From contig CP075493.1 of NCBI GenBank assembly GCA_021613535.1, forward strand, positions 2,232,001 through 2,296,000: a DNA stretch of 64,000 nt. The letters run 5' to 3'. The notes beneath the pieces are model-generated. The model was not told the DNA's origin and ran no database searches. It saw nothing but the letters and a program-made list of their open reading frames with translations. Shown piece after piece: positions 51,665 to 64,000 of this stretch (within the stretch, counting starts at the first letter, position 1; the number at the start of each line of letters is the position of its first letter). Made by a program: the position numbers and the translations under genes. Source of the DNA: Adineta vaga. Lineage: Eukaryota > Animalia > Rotifera.

Positions 51665-52784
51665 AGTTTAAAAATTAACTAAGTAAAATAGAAAGTCTAT
51701 TCAAACGACGTAGATTGCCTAAAAAAGGTAAATAGAAACAAATTAACGTTCGTTTGTTATTATGTTATTGATGAAGAGAAAGAGTGGGGTGAAAAAAAAG
51801 CGTGCCCTTGGGTAATGATGAAATATAGATACTGTATTTTCATAATCAGAATATAAAGAAAAAGAAAGAAAGAAAGGAAATTTATTACTCCGTCTTTTCT
51901 ATTTTGTTTTTCGATGATTTTGTTTTCTCCATTATCAATAGGTCAGTGTTCTCATCTATTATTCACGACTCTCATTTCATCTCTCTCTCTCTCATTTCTC
52001 TTCTCTCTATAGAAGAGCAGAGCATTAGTGTTGATGTGGCTTGAAGAGACAAATCTTATTGGTGGTGGTTTCATTGATGAATAACATATTGATTACAGCG
52101 AGTCATTTCGTTCGCTTTAGATCATCGAATTGATTAAGAAACCTCTAACAACACGGAAGTACTTAGTTATATTCATTATTTATCAAGTGCAAGAATCAGT
52201 TTAAATAACAATCGTATTCAATATGAGATTTCAATGAATTGATATTGAAAAGCAGATGTCGTTAACATATAGTAGTACTGTCGTTCGAGATTGATCACTC
52301 GATCGATAACACTTGATCATAGTAATTTATCTAGAGGATATAGAGCAATTAAACTGAAAGAATAGAGAATGTATTTAAGCGATACTTTAATGTGTAGGAT
52401 AGTAATGAATGTATGCTATGATTGAAAAGTAAACAATACTATATATTGAACCATTACTGAAATCTCGTGTCATCGATCTATCGAAATAAAAATTGACAAT
52501 TATCGTAAGCATGTACGGCACGAGATGTTTTAAAGTATGTCCTCAGTTAAATATTGACCTCATAAAAAAATAACAGAGATGAAAACAATATCGATACTCA
52601 TTTTCTTTTCAGGCAAAAAAAAGATTTCAATTGACAGCTGTTATATATATATATATTATTCTAGAAATGATGATTTTGATTGTACATATTAGGTATACAA
52701 AGAAAGAAAGAAATAGAGAGAAGAATCGTCTTATGTTGAGAATGAATATCTCTTATCTGACAAAATAAAATAAAATAGGCTTGA

Positions 52785-53891
52785 TTAAGATTTTATAGGT
52801 GCTTCAATAAGTAACAATGGTTGTTCGATTTGTGCACGTTCTGCTGCGATAACAAGAATTGTTGCACCACAAACACCAGCTGGTAGAAGAAGAAGAAAAG
52901 CTCCTGGTATAAGAAAAATAAGTTCCATAGCTAAACCAAAACCAATTGTTGCCCATCGGTAACGTTTAAACCATGGTGTTCTTTCTCGGACACCAAATAA
53001 ATGTAATGATAAAGGATAATCAATAATATCATAAGCAATTATAATACCAGTGATAAGAAATTTCAATGGCATTGTTACAATAACAGCTGGCGGAAAGAAA
53101 AATTCTGTCAATGTTAAAACAAGAAATATTGCTAATGAAGCAAATATTGAAACAAGAGCAACACGAATACTTCTCCATATGCTTGCACAAAATGATTCTT
53201 CTGGTCGATTCGGATATTTAAGTTCACGTTCTTGTGCTCGAACAAGACTTTCGAGAGCAGGTGCACTCAATGGTTGGGCAGTTAGAAATGCCAAAAGAAA
53301 TGAAAGAAATACGGCAACAGCATAAAGAAGAAAACGAAGTATCCAGATGCCATATTGAATCCAACGTGCTTGATATCGATGAATTAAACGATCCGTAAAT
53401 AAATGCATTCCCCAGACGCTTGGAATTGAAAAAGTGAAAAGTAGAATAGTAAAAATAATTGCTGGTACAAGTGCACGTGTCCATGTTGATGGATGTTTAA
53501 GAATAAAGTAAAAACCTTGAAATGGTGCCTTAAATCCATCAAAAAAACTTGGTGGTAACGATTTTGTTCGGTTTAAATCAGTAACAATTTGATCAATTAA
53601 TGATTGACGATCATGAAAGATTCCATGAATTTTCGATGAAATTTTCATTGGAGATTTCGATGTTGAAAGAATATAAATTGTTGAAATTTGTTTTAATTTT
53701 AATAAGCGATCAATTGATATTGTTGAATCAGTTATAACAAGAGTTAAACCACGTAATGTTGGTGGCAATGAAGATATAAATTGGTAGCAAACATCTTCAC
53801 TTGTAAAAAGAGCCGTATAGGAACGTAATTCATTTGGAATAGGTTCATCTTGTTCATTTTGTAACCAAACAATATTCGTTGTTGTACCCAT
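52785..53891 (-). CDS. Intronless EI24/CysZ-like membrane protein with an extra N-terminal alpha/beta domain
   Basis: GFKAPFQGFYFILKHPSTW..ALVP, LSAPALESLVRAQE and DYPLSLH...GFG.....FLIPG..LLLLPAGVCGAT are typical of bacterial EI24/CysZ proteins. The first ~105 aa resemble the N-terminus of the ART-TPR protein. Confidence 0.8.
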   Translation of the reverse strand: MGTTTNIVWLQNEQDEPIPNELRSYTALFTSEDVCYQFISSLPPTLRGLTLVITDSTISIDRLLKLKQISTIYILSTSKSPMKISSKIHGIFHDRQSLIDQIVTDLNRTKSLPPSFFDGFKAPFQGFYFILKHPSTWTRALVPAIIFTILLFTFSIPSVWGMHLFTDRLIHRYQARWIQYGIWILRFLLYAVAVFLSFLLAFLTAQPLSAPALESLVRAQERELKYPNRPEESFCASIWRSIRVALVSIFASLAIFLVLTLTEFFFPPAVIVTMPLKFLITGIIIAYDIIDYPLSLHLFGVRERTPWFKRYRWATIGFGLAMELIFLIPGAFLLLLPAGVCGATILVIAAERAQIEQPLLLIEAPIKS

Positions 53892-54412
53892 TTGTTGTTT
53901 TGAAGATGAGAATATGACAAATATGATAGTTTATTCTAGTTCATTGGACATTTTTTTTGTTCCTACCAATCAGAATAAAGAACGACATTCTTGTTAGAGA
54001 ACATAGAATAAATAAGCATATTATATGGTATTATATATACGTACGTGACAAAACGGTGCGCCACATGTTCAACGTGCGATGATAGAGAGTGCTACATATT
54101 TCGAAAAGAAATAGTTTTACAAAATTTCAATATATGATATCAATTAGATTGATTCCGATTGATAAATCTCTCACGGATTAGATTTTTGTATTGGAGTAAG
54201 AAAAAGAGAAAGATATTAACTATAGTTATCCACGAAAGATTTATTATAGAAAAATATGACCTTTTATACATTGATGTATGTGCTTTTTGAATACTTTGAG
54301 ATATTTTCATATTCATGAAACTGTATCGGTGATGATGACGAAGAAGAAAAATATATAAATATTTCATTATGTGAAATTAACAAAGAAAAACGAATACAAG
54401 AAGAATTCAATT

Positions 54413-57400
54413 TCAAAAACACGAATAATTAGTTTCTTTTGTTCGAGTCTCAGGATTAAGGCCAACACCATAGATTGTCAAATATCGACAAAAACATCTA
54501 GAGATTGAAGTAATTATTTAGTTAAAAAATATTTCACTTGTACATAATCTTACTTGATTCTTACTAATGGAGAATTATACGGAGTAAAATCAAGATTCCA
54601 TAGACATGGTTTTTTCTTATTTCGTAATGAATCATTAATTTCTGATGTTTGTGGATTGTCCATTGTTGATGATCGACTAATCACTGATGGTCGACGAGCT
54701 TGATTAGTAGAAGAGGAATTATTTGTTTTTCCTGTTGGTAAATTTCCAGAAGTGAAAAGATTGAGCAATGACTAAAGTATATTTCATTGAAATAGAAATC
54801 TGATAAGTTATCAACGACTTACTCGTGCTGGTCGAAGAGTTCCACCATTTGTTTTATGATTTTTTCTTTGTTGTTTATCATTATCATGTTCGTCTTTTTG
54901 AGCACTTGATGGTCGTGGTAAAGGAATTTTATTTTTCTTTAATTTCAATGATTGAAAGATTCCACTACGACGACGTGTTGTTGTAGAATTATATTGATCA
55001 ATTTGTGGACTATCCATTTCACTTTCTGATTGTTGTGATTGACGATTTTTGAAATAAAGTGCCGATGTATCGACACCGTTCGATGCTTGTAGAGTAGCTG
55101 GAGTTGATTCTTGTATATGTTGATGAGCACGACGACGACGACGTCGAATATCATCTGATATTGGTTCACTTGGTGGATGTGGTTGATGTCTTTGTAGATG
55201 ATTGGGTTTATTTTCATTATCAGACATGTCTTCATTTGATGAATTATCTGACGGTGTTGAGTCATATGGATTATCAGCATTTATTATCTCATTATTATAA
55301 TTATCATTGAGAAATTTTACTTCAATTTCGATTTCTTTTGCTTTAATTAAATGTGTAAATGGAAGTTCATGCTGAAATGAAAGAAAATCGAATAAAACTT
55401 CTTTCATCGAATGAATTTTCATACTTGATTTTTTGAATTTCCATTTCGTTTAATATAGCGTAAGAATTCTTTTCGATTAACAGCTTCAACAACAACTAAA
55501 TCAAGTAATCCATCAGCTAAATGACCAAATTTTGATAAACCTTGTGGTGCAAATGACCAAAGATTTGCATTGGTAAAAATCGCTGCTTGTAAATAATTTT
55601 GTTGTAAAATTTTCCAATTCTTTTCTTCATCATACTGTTGAATGAAACTTCTTCTACTAGCTGATGTTATTCGTTGATTATTATCTGTATTCATTGTTAA
55701 AGATTTTCGTCGTCGAGTTATTTCTTGTATATGTGTATTATCAAAAGCTTTAACTTGATCATCACTTTTCTCTTCGACAACAGGAGTACATGTTGGGCAA
55801 CTAGAATAGAAAGATGATGTGTGCAAGGAGCTTACTGATGGAATTATATTACCCTTGAAAACAACGACTGATATATGAATTTGTTTGAGGTGCTGGAATA
55901 TATCGAATTACCATTTGAAATGGTCTAAAAACAAGATATTTATATCTTTTTCTTTCTAATTATTACAATTAATATTCAGATTTGAGATCTTTCCAAGGCA
56001 TATCAGTCTATGTTGAAAAGTAATTTAGTACCCAAAAATATCAGATATTAATAATTATTTCAATCTGATAAAAGCACCTTGAGTAATTATTCGTAAGATT
56101 AAAATACAATTTCTGTTTCTATTCGAACGAATCTTACTGTAAATTTTTCTTTGACGCAGCTTTTGCAAATGACTTTTTAACAACAGTTTTTGGACTATGT
56201 AAACTATAACGTGGAAAATATTTCAAAACATTTGCAGGATAACCAGCACCAGCACCGAAATTAGCCGTTACAAATCTATAATCAATATCGAAAACTGCTG
56301 ACATATCAATTTTCATTGTTCGATCTAAAAAATTATTTCAATGAATTTCAATCAAAAAACGAGTCAATTTTCTTACTAAAAATTAAATGTAAAATAGGTG
56401 TGCAATGATCAATATTTCCATGAATTGTATGAGAAATGATATTGGTTGTACCTCAAGAAATGAAAGAATTGATTCTAATTGAAAGAAAATTCATTTTGAA
56501 AAATGTTACCATCAGGGACAATACAAATCGGAAAAGGTATTGTTGGTAGATCAGCTTTTATATCTAATCTATATGTACGAATAGATCAATAATCAGTATT
56601 CAATTTTAGTCTTTTATTATACCTAGTATGATTTTGTTTTGCTAAATAATGTATTAATGCATTGATAACATTGATAACTGATCCATCACCACCAATAATC
56701 ACTAAACTAATAAAACAACGAAGAACAGATGTATGTCGATTAGAAATCAAATTTTCTCTCTACCTGTCTATAGAATCTAAATCACCTTCGAAATTTTCGA
56801 ATGCTTCACTAGCACTGAATTGATCACTAATCTCTAAAAAGAAGACATCGAAAACAATAAACTTCATTTTCGAAATTCATACGAATTGTTTTTCATGAAA
56901 ATTTACCCATATAGGTTATCTTATAACGTCGTGTGTCTAGCATGGGTTTTATTTTTGTATTATATACATGTCGACTATGTCTTGGACCAGCATATGGATT
57001 ACAAAGAACAAATACATGTCGTGATGGTGTCACTAAGAAGATGCCGAACTAATCGATTCTTCTTTAATGTTATATAAAACTTACAACCAGTGATGATTTT
57101 CAATAGAAAATGATACCATCGATCGATTAGATTTGGATCATCACTTTGAAAAACAATGAGAATTTCTTGTAAAATATTGTTTGGTAAAGTCTGATAGGAA
57201 TGTAATTGAAAACCACGTAGAACAGAATTTTGAGGTAAAGCTAGCGAGGAAGAAGCCATTGGTGCACTGATACTATTTGATGTTGTAATCGTTGTACCAG
57301 CAATATTTTCATTAACATTTAATGACCAATTCCAATTGGAATTAATTGGCGTAATACCAAAAACATCATGTAAATTTATTGAATTTTGATCATTTCGATC

Positions 57401-57831
57401 GGCTGATGTTTGTCGATTGATCTCATCACCAATAGCTAAGAAACAAAATAAAATAAATCGGCATAATTTATAAAATCTTGATGTAAATTTTCAATACATA
57501 CGTTCACCAGTGACATCCGCCCAACTTAAGACATCATTTTGTAATATAACTTCGACAGTTTTATTTTGAACAGCAAAAAATGCACTTTCATAAGTTACAT
57601 CTGCATGTGTATCAAAATGATTTCTATCGAAATGAGAATGAGGGGGAGTAATATCGTTGTTTTCTAATACTTCAACATTATTTCTTCTTTCATTCCCATT
57701 ATCATCCTCGTCACTTTCGAATGCAACTTTAACTTTAACTAAATCACAAGGAAGTTCGACTTTGAAAAATAAAACAGATTTCAAAACAAACCTGGAGGTG
57801 CTGTTCGACGTCGACGTGCTCGCTCAGACAT
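54413..57831 (-). CDS. CERKL: Ceramide kinase-like (CERKL/CERK) DAGK-family lipid kinase
   Basis: N-terminal PH-like exons, LVIIGGDGSV, PICIVPDGTTNII and FAPQGLSKFGHLADGLLDLVVV...EFLRYIKR..NSKNQ..LPF. The last exon ends IYGVG...NYSCF*. The start codon is uncertain. Confidence 0.82.
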
Positions 57832-58592
57832 CGATTTAGTTCGCACTTTCTATAAATAAAAAAAAACAAGATTATTTTTCATTTCTTTTCTTTCGAAACA
57901 TAAACACAAAATATCAACGATGATGACGATCATCATCAATACTTTGAAACTACTCATTACTTATATCCGAATATGATAAGTGTACTTATCAATGTCCACG
58001 AAGAATGAAAAACAACGAAGATGAAGAAGAAGTTGTCATAGGAGACAACAATGCGGTACTCTTATTTGTTCGTTCGTTCGTCCACTGATGTATATACATA
58101 CATACTAACCGACGAGTACCACCAAAGCAACAACAGACAAGTTTAAAGAAATAAAAGAAGAAAAAAAAGAAAAGAAAACTGAATGCGAGAAATTACAATT
58201 CTTTCGATGTTGTCGGAGAGAAGGTTATTCATAGAAGTTTTTTTTTCAAATAAAGAAAAGAGTAAGAAGAAGAAGAAGAAAAAAAGGAAGAACAAAATAC
58301 ATTGAAAATTGTTGCTAGAAGATTGCTGATGACTACGTTTTGTCAAGGTCATTGTAAAAATGAAGTTCGATGAATAGGTTATATTTTTCTATTTTCTTGT
58401 TTAATGTTTATTAAAAAAAGAAACATATCTTTGGAAAAACTCAATTTCACAAGTATTTGATATGAACGTCATCTTACCGTTATTCAAAGAAATGATAGTT
58501 GACTACAAGTTGTTTGTTCACACATACTAATAGTTTGCAATGTAGAAAGATATTTTACTTTGTTGCATTTATTACAGTTAGAGTTTATTCAA

Positions 58593-58611
58593 AGAGAGAG
58601 AGAGAGAGAGA
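58593..58611. repeat. (AG)n microsatellite
   Basis: Direct run of AG dinucleotides. Confidence 0.8.
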
Positions 58612-59520
58612 AAGAAGAGGACGATATTTTTCTTTTTGAAATATATGATGTAAATGTAAGCAAAGTTAAAGTGTACGCATATTATTTTAAGGATATTCGG
58701 TGTAATGTATGCACTACAAAATCAGCTTGTTAATCAAAGAAAGTTTTATATAAGAAGGATGAAGTATCAGTTGTGAAGACATACCCAAATTGTTTGATTT
58801 GTTTTTGCTTTGAGAAAAAATGGCTTCATGGAAAGAGCTACATCATCGTATAACGCTTTCTTTCGGCGATGAATGAAGAAAAACGTAAAGAAGGATTTTT
58901 ATTGATATGATGAATGGAACTGATAATATTTTAGTTTAATAACTTTAAATATGATCTATTGTTCTTAATTTCCGTTCTATCTTCTTATTAAGTCGTTCAT
59001 TGATTTCTATTCATTAAAATAAGCTATTCTTTCAGATTCTTATCAAGTACGAGTGGGTGTAATTAATCCGATAACATGCAAACGTCATTGAATCTGTCGT
59101 TTCAATATACATGTTTGATAAAAGTATTGTCAATTCTTTGGATAGCATTAATTCGTGTTCTAACGTTGTGAAAGCAGATCATATTAATATAAATTAAAAA
59201 TTAACAGTCGCATAGTTACAGATTGAATAAGATTTTATCATCTTTAAAAATCGTAATATATTGACTTCACCTTAAGGATTAAATAACAATGTAAGGTAAT
59301 GTGATTAATGTATTGTTTGTGATCAATATTTGATCAAACGATTCTATTTCATAGAAAACTCTTTTAATGTTATGTTTATTTTTGATGAATAATAATGAAT
59401 TGTATACAAATGCATTCACTAATGATAAAAAGGATATTATTCTTAGGAAACTCTTGTAAACTATTCTTGATTTTATACCAATAATATTTATTATATTCAA
59501 TATAAAATAAAAATCTAGTT

Positions 59521-60978
59521 TTAGTTTATTTCAAACTTTTGTATTCGATGGTTATCATGATCGACAACATAAAGATTTTCTTGCAAATCAAATGATAAAT
59601 GAATTGGTAAATTGAATTGATTCGATTCGATTCCTCTTCCATTGCCACCGACAACAATTGTTCCTTCGTTTGAATCAGGTGACCAACGCATAATTCGATG
59701 ATTATCTCGATCTGCAACATAAACTCGACCTAATTGATCAACGATCACTCCTTGAGGAAAAGATAATTGTCTTAAACTATTTCCTTGACCATTTCCTTCT
59801 GCAACAACAATTCCTTCTTTTGCATCTTTGAACCATTTCATCACTCGATGATTTTTTTCATCTGAAATATATATTGATTGTTCATCATCAACGAAAATAA
59901 AATTTGGACCGTTAAGTTGATTGAGTTGACCACCTACACCATTTCCACCTGCGACAACTCTTTCTTCGTTTTCTTCATTTATCCATCGTATTATTGCATT
60001 ACTTTCACAATCCGAAACATAAAGAACTCCATAACTATCGATTGTTAAACCAAGACAATAAATATCTGAAATAATGTGTTCACTGGAATGATTTTGGAAA
60101 GACCATTGAACTACTCGTCTATTTCCACATTCAGCTACAATTAATGTATCATTTTTCTTATCAACTAGAAAATCTGTAGGATCAAATAATCGATCTTTAT
60201 TTCCATTTCTAGGGAGAACAATTCGACCATTTTGTTGGCTAGATTCCCATTGAACGATACGATCATTTCCATTATCACTAATTAAAATCGTTTCATCATT
60301 AATAATAACCATGCTGAACGGATAACTTAATTGATTCAATGCATTTCCAGAACCATTTCCTCCAGCAATTGTACTTCCATGTTGATTCCATTGTTTAACT
60401 AAATTTATATGAAATAAATGAAAACAAAAGTTTCAAAGCTCTTTCAAATAGTTACCTTGATGAAATGGTATATTGACAATGATTTTGTTAAGAAACGGTG
60501 TTGATGGTTGTTGAATAGTGAAATTTAAGGTTCTGTTGAGTTCTTCTTGTAATTTATCGAATTTCTCTTTGAAATCATTTAGATCGATCTCATTAAATTG
60601 ATTTTCTTGACGAATTATCTTCAGTTCCCTTCCAATATTAACTAATTTATTTTCAACACCACGAAAAACTTGTTTTGTATGATTGATTACTCTTTTTCTA
60701 CATTCTTCTCCTGTCTCTTTGATTTTCTTAATTGAATCTTCTTCCCATTGATCAATTTCCTTTATCACCTGATTATATACTTGTTGATCTTTTCGATCAT
60801 TCAACAATTGTCGAAATAGATCATGATTATATTCAATTTCATCTAATTCTTTACTGAGCATTTGTAGATGATTTGGTAAACAATTCATACAGAAATCTTT
60901 GAAACATCCTGCACAATTTAATGTTCTTGTAAATTTACTATACGAAAAACACTGGATCTTCTTCTCTATTGCTGACAT
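59521..60978 (-). CDS. B-box-like Zn finger, coiled coil and NHL-repeat (TRIM-NHL-like) protein
   Basis: Exon 60978-60456 (CAGCFKDFCMNCLPNH, then coiled coil) and exon 60398-59521 with NHL repeats (VAGGNG.G..LNQL..P..IFVD...IYISD..NHRVMKW). Confidence 0.9.
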
Positions 60979-61950
60979 TACTTAAATTGTTCTTTTTTCT
61001 AAAGTAAAAATATTCACTGATGTTGATGAGTGTTGCGATGAAATTACAACTAAGATAAGGAAAAGGGTTACTTAACAGAAGTCTGTATGAGACAGATAAA
61101 AGATGCTAGGTAATAAATTAATGTGGATAAAAATAGTTAAAATGAAATTAACAAAGAAAATCAAAGAGAAATCCATGTTTCATCGTCGAATTGTTTCGAT
61201 AGTGTACATCCTGAAGCTTTACTTTAATGATCACTAGCGGGGAAGTACCCGATGTTAGTTTAGTACTTTCTAGAGTAAAAAGCTCATATGTCAGAAAACG
61301 ACAGGGAATGTAGAGAGGGTTGTGCTTGAAATGTTTCATCTATGATCATGACGTATCCCGCCATGGATATCTAAGATAGAACAACTTATACTATATAGTA
61401 TTCCAAATCCATCGATTTTCTAGCAGATCCCGCTCCAACTCTGTCTCAACTTCACTTTCAACCTAAAAAGCCGTAGACTTCGAGTTAAAGTTTCATCTAT
61501 CGCGAATGCACACACGTCCACGATAAAGCTCGGTAGCTCAACGCATATTGTGTGGGGGTGATCATATTACTTCTGAATCGCTCTCATTTTCGTGTAAGAC
61601 AATCAGACCTAAATGAAAACGTAGTCATAGATGTATACTCTAAAGATCAATCCAATGAGTTAATCGAAAATGGATTAGATTTCAACCAGCTTCCGTCTCC
61701 CACCTTCCTTCGACTTTTCCCTGTACGTACGAAAGTGTCATGGAAAGTTTGGTGACCGCAGCTATTACAGGGACTGAATACATGACGAATAAACAGACAA
61801 ACATTATTATTTATATATAGACGAAGATTATAGTCTTACTAAATAGAATATTTATAGAGGAGATCAGTGCTTTACACATTTGCGCTGCTTGTGTTGTGTA
61901 CAGTATCATACTAAGCTGATAAGAGCTATCTCTTGTATCTTTCGGAGAAT

Positions 61951-63255
61951 ATGACAAGTAAGATATTATGATACTTGTCCTCAGTTTAACATTCGACTAC
62001 TAAAAATGCAGGTATGTAAAAAACACAACATATCTGATAAAAACATCCTTTTCCGAATGTTCCAATAGAAAAGATAAATACATGCAACACACAGAAATTA
62101 ATTTCGAGAATATTTTTTATCATATTGTTCACATCGACCAGAACTATTCGCACACTTAGAAATAATATTGAATCAATGACTCTGACTTTTTTTAATTTTG
62201 ATTGTTTTCTTTTTGATATTGTCAATCGAACTTTTAATAATATTCGTTTCCTAGGAAGCTGATACCATCGTAAACAAGATGCAGCATGAGCTGACTAACT
62301 TTGTTACTTCTCTTCGAAATGGACATAAATCGATTCGGCAAATTAACAAAATGATGGATTCATTAATCAATGAGATAGAAAGTGCTAATTCAGCCGAACT
62401 GAAAACTATTTTAAAAAGCGTCAAAGAAATAGCCAAACGCTATCGTTCATTGGAGTCCGATACTGTTTCTCTCGTGAAGAGTACAAGTGTAGTATGTGAA
62501 GATGTACGAATGGCAGTGCAAGGTGCTCTTGATGATGAACTTACAACAACAGAAGCATTCGAAAGTATGAGTAAAGACTTTGAAGGACTATCAAATAGTA
62601 TGACAAAGGCAATTGATCATCATTCGGAGGTTGCTAAAGAGCTGAGAGATCAAGCAGACGACGCGAAAAAAGCAAAAGAAAGAAAGAAATGATCAACTGC
62701 AAGCCACTGCTTTAGAACGAAAAGAAGACGCGGAATTGTTTGGTATTTTAGCGGTACCCGGAGCGTGTTTGGTTGCTTCCTCTCTTTGTCGTATTGCGAG
62801 CAGCTGAAAGTGTTGACAATAAATCCTTCAAAGTCATGGCTGGCTTTGGTGGTGCTATTGGATGTCTACTTTGAGGGACTCTTCTTACTGTTGTGACGCC
62901 TCTTTTTGCTGCATGGGCGGTACGCTGTGCCATACTTGGTAGCGGCTGGTCAGAGACCTTTCAAGACCTTAGTGATCAAATTCTCAGTGTTGAAGCTGCT
63001 ATCAATGATTCTGCGTTACATTTGATGAGCATCAGAAGCATGTTAGATCAACTCGATGAAAAAGTATCAAAATGTGACGTATCAAAATCAACGGGTTTGT
63101 TAAGGATACAGTTCAATAAGATTCTTAGTAGTTGCGTTGAATTGAAGAAAAGCTGTATTCAATATTTAGAAAGTCTTCAATCAGCAGGAAATAGTCAAGA
63201 CAGATTTTTAATGGTCACAGGCAATAATCACGAACAACAAAAATCAGCACAATAA
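61951..63255 (+). pseudogene. Disrupted helical protein with a central hydrophobic hairpin (alpha-pore-forming-toxin-like layout)
   Basis: After the acceptor at 62254, three segments in different frames join into one plausible protein, with frameshifts near 62690 and 62785 and an in-frame TGA at 62872. Amphipathic helices flank Gly/Ala-rich hydrophobic stretches. The putative first exon (61951-62011) is also frameshifted. Confidence 0.6.
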
Positions 63256-64000
63256 TCTCCTCTATTAATCGAACTTTGATTATTGTCTTGTGAAAATCGC
63301 ACACTATAAAAAATGTATTTTTCTTGATTTTAGACAATTTATCAATAATAAAACTAAAAGTATGAGAGCTTATACATTAATTCAGAATTTGCTGTTTTCA
63401 ATTCAACTATATATCACCAAATGCGAAGATATCGAATGTATAAATATGTTGAGCAACCATAAAACCAAATTCTGAAACTATTCACGTCGTTTTACTAGAC
63501 TATTCATAGTGCAAGGATAAAAGTATTAGTACTGGAATACCTAATATCATATCATGAGAGCATGTTATAAAACTTAATAATGATCACTACACTCGAATCT
63601 GCTAACAAATGGACGAAATACATCGTATAATCTAAATTTAATTATTTTCTTCGTATGTATCAGCGTTTAGTAAAACAAGTTCGATAATGGTCTTTATTAA
63701 AAACAAGCAAAATAGCAATAACAATAATTTCAAGATAGATTCTCATTGAAATACATAAATACATATATGTGTTTGATCAAAAAAAATTTATAACAAAATT
63801 TAATTATATAATTGTAATAGTTATTTTTGTGCGTAGAATTTAAGTATCTGATTTTTTAGTAGATATTAACTGTTCGTTTTTTCTAGACGACGTGACTTTT
63901 CTTCAGCAATTAGTTTCTGTCGAATATGAGCCGGTAAAGAAATATTGATGTTGAAAATGAAAGAAAGCATTGAACGTGGCGTATTTTCATCGAAATCGAT

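Noticed and set aside
61400-61800. GC-richer patch containing 'GGTAGCTCAA', tRNA A-box-like
   Set aside because: No cloverleaf or T-loop GTTC motif at the expected distance.
1-64000. CRISPR arrays, rRNA, intact transposase or reverse transcriptase, or prokaryotic contamination
   Set aside because: None seen. Foreign-looking genes are interspersed with intron-rich metazoan genes of similar AT-rich composition, which argues against contamination.

Overview
AT-rich, gene-dense eukaryotic DNA with many short (about 50-60 nt) GT-AG introns. The gene content (intronless ART-TPR and NHL-repeat genes, a lineage-type 7TM receptor, apparently foreign genes among core metazoan genes) points to a bdelloid rotifer such as Adineta or Rotaria; this is an inference. 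Genes in order: 3' end of a coiled-coil gene; Six3/6 homeobox in a ~10 kb gene-poor region; a two-domain fungal-type Grg1/ccg-1-like hydrophilin; INCENP-like; hnRNP U-like; P2X receptor; CatSper3-like channel; SYT14/16-like; CstF-64 pseudogene; orphan GPCR; a candidate secreted Cys-rich peptide; CstF-64; TMEM131; a decayed ART gene; ART-TPR; a single-C2-domain gene; lamin; an EI24/CysZ-like chimera; CERKL/CERK-like; B-box/NHL; and a disrupted toxin-like gene. The most striking feature is a compact module: a P2X receptor that has lost both N-terminal ATP-binding lysines lies 110 bp upstream of an intact CatSper3-like (sperm-type) channel, which abuts a synaptotagmin-14/16 gene tail-to-tail, in what appears to be a lineage with no known males. 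Other highlights are several horizontal-transfer candidates, a lamin with no CaaX box, operon-like gene spacing and a mosaic CstF-64 duplicate. Exon boundaries were read by eye. Family assignments come from recalled motifs, not database searches.
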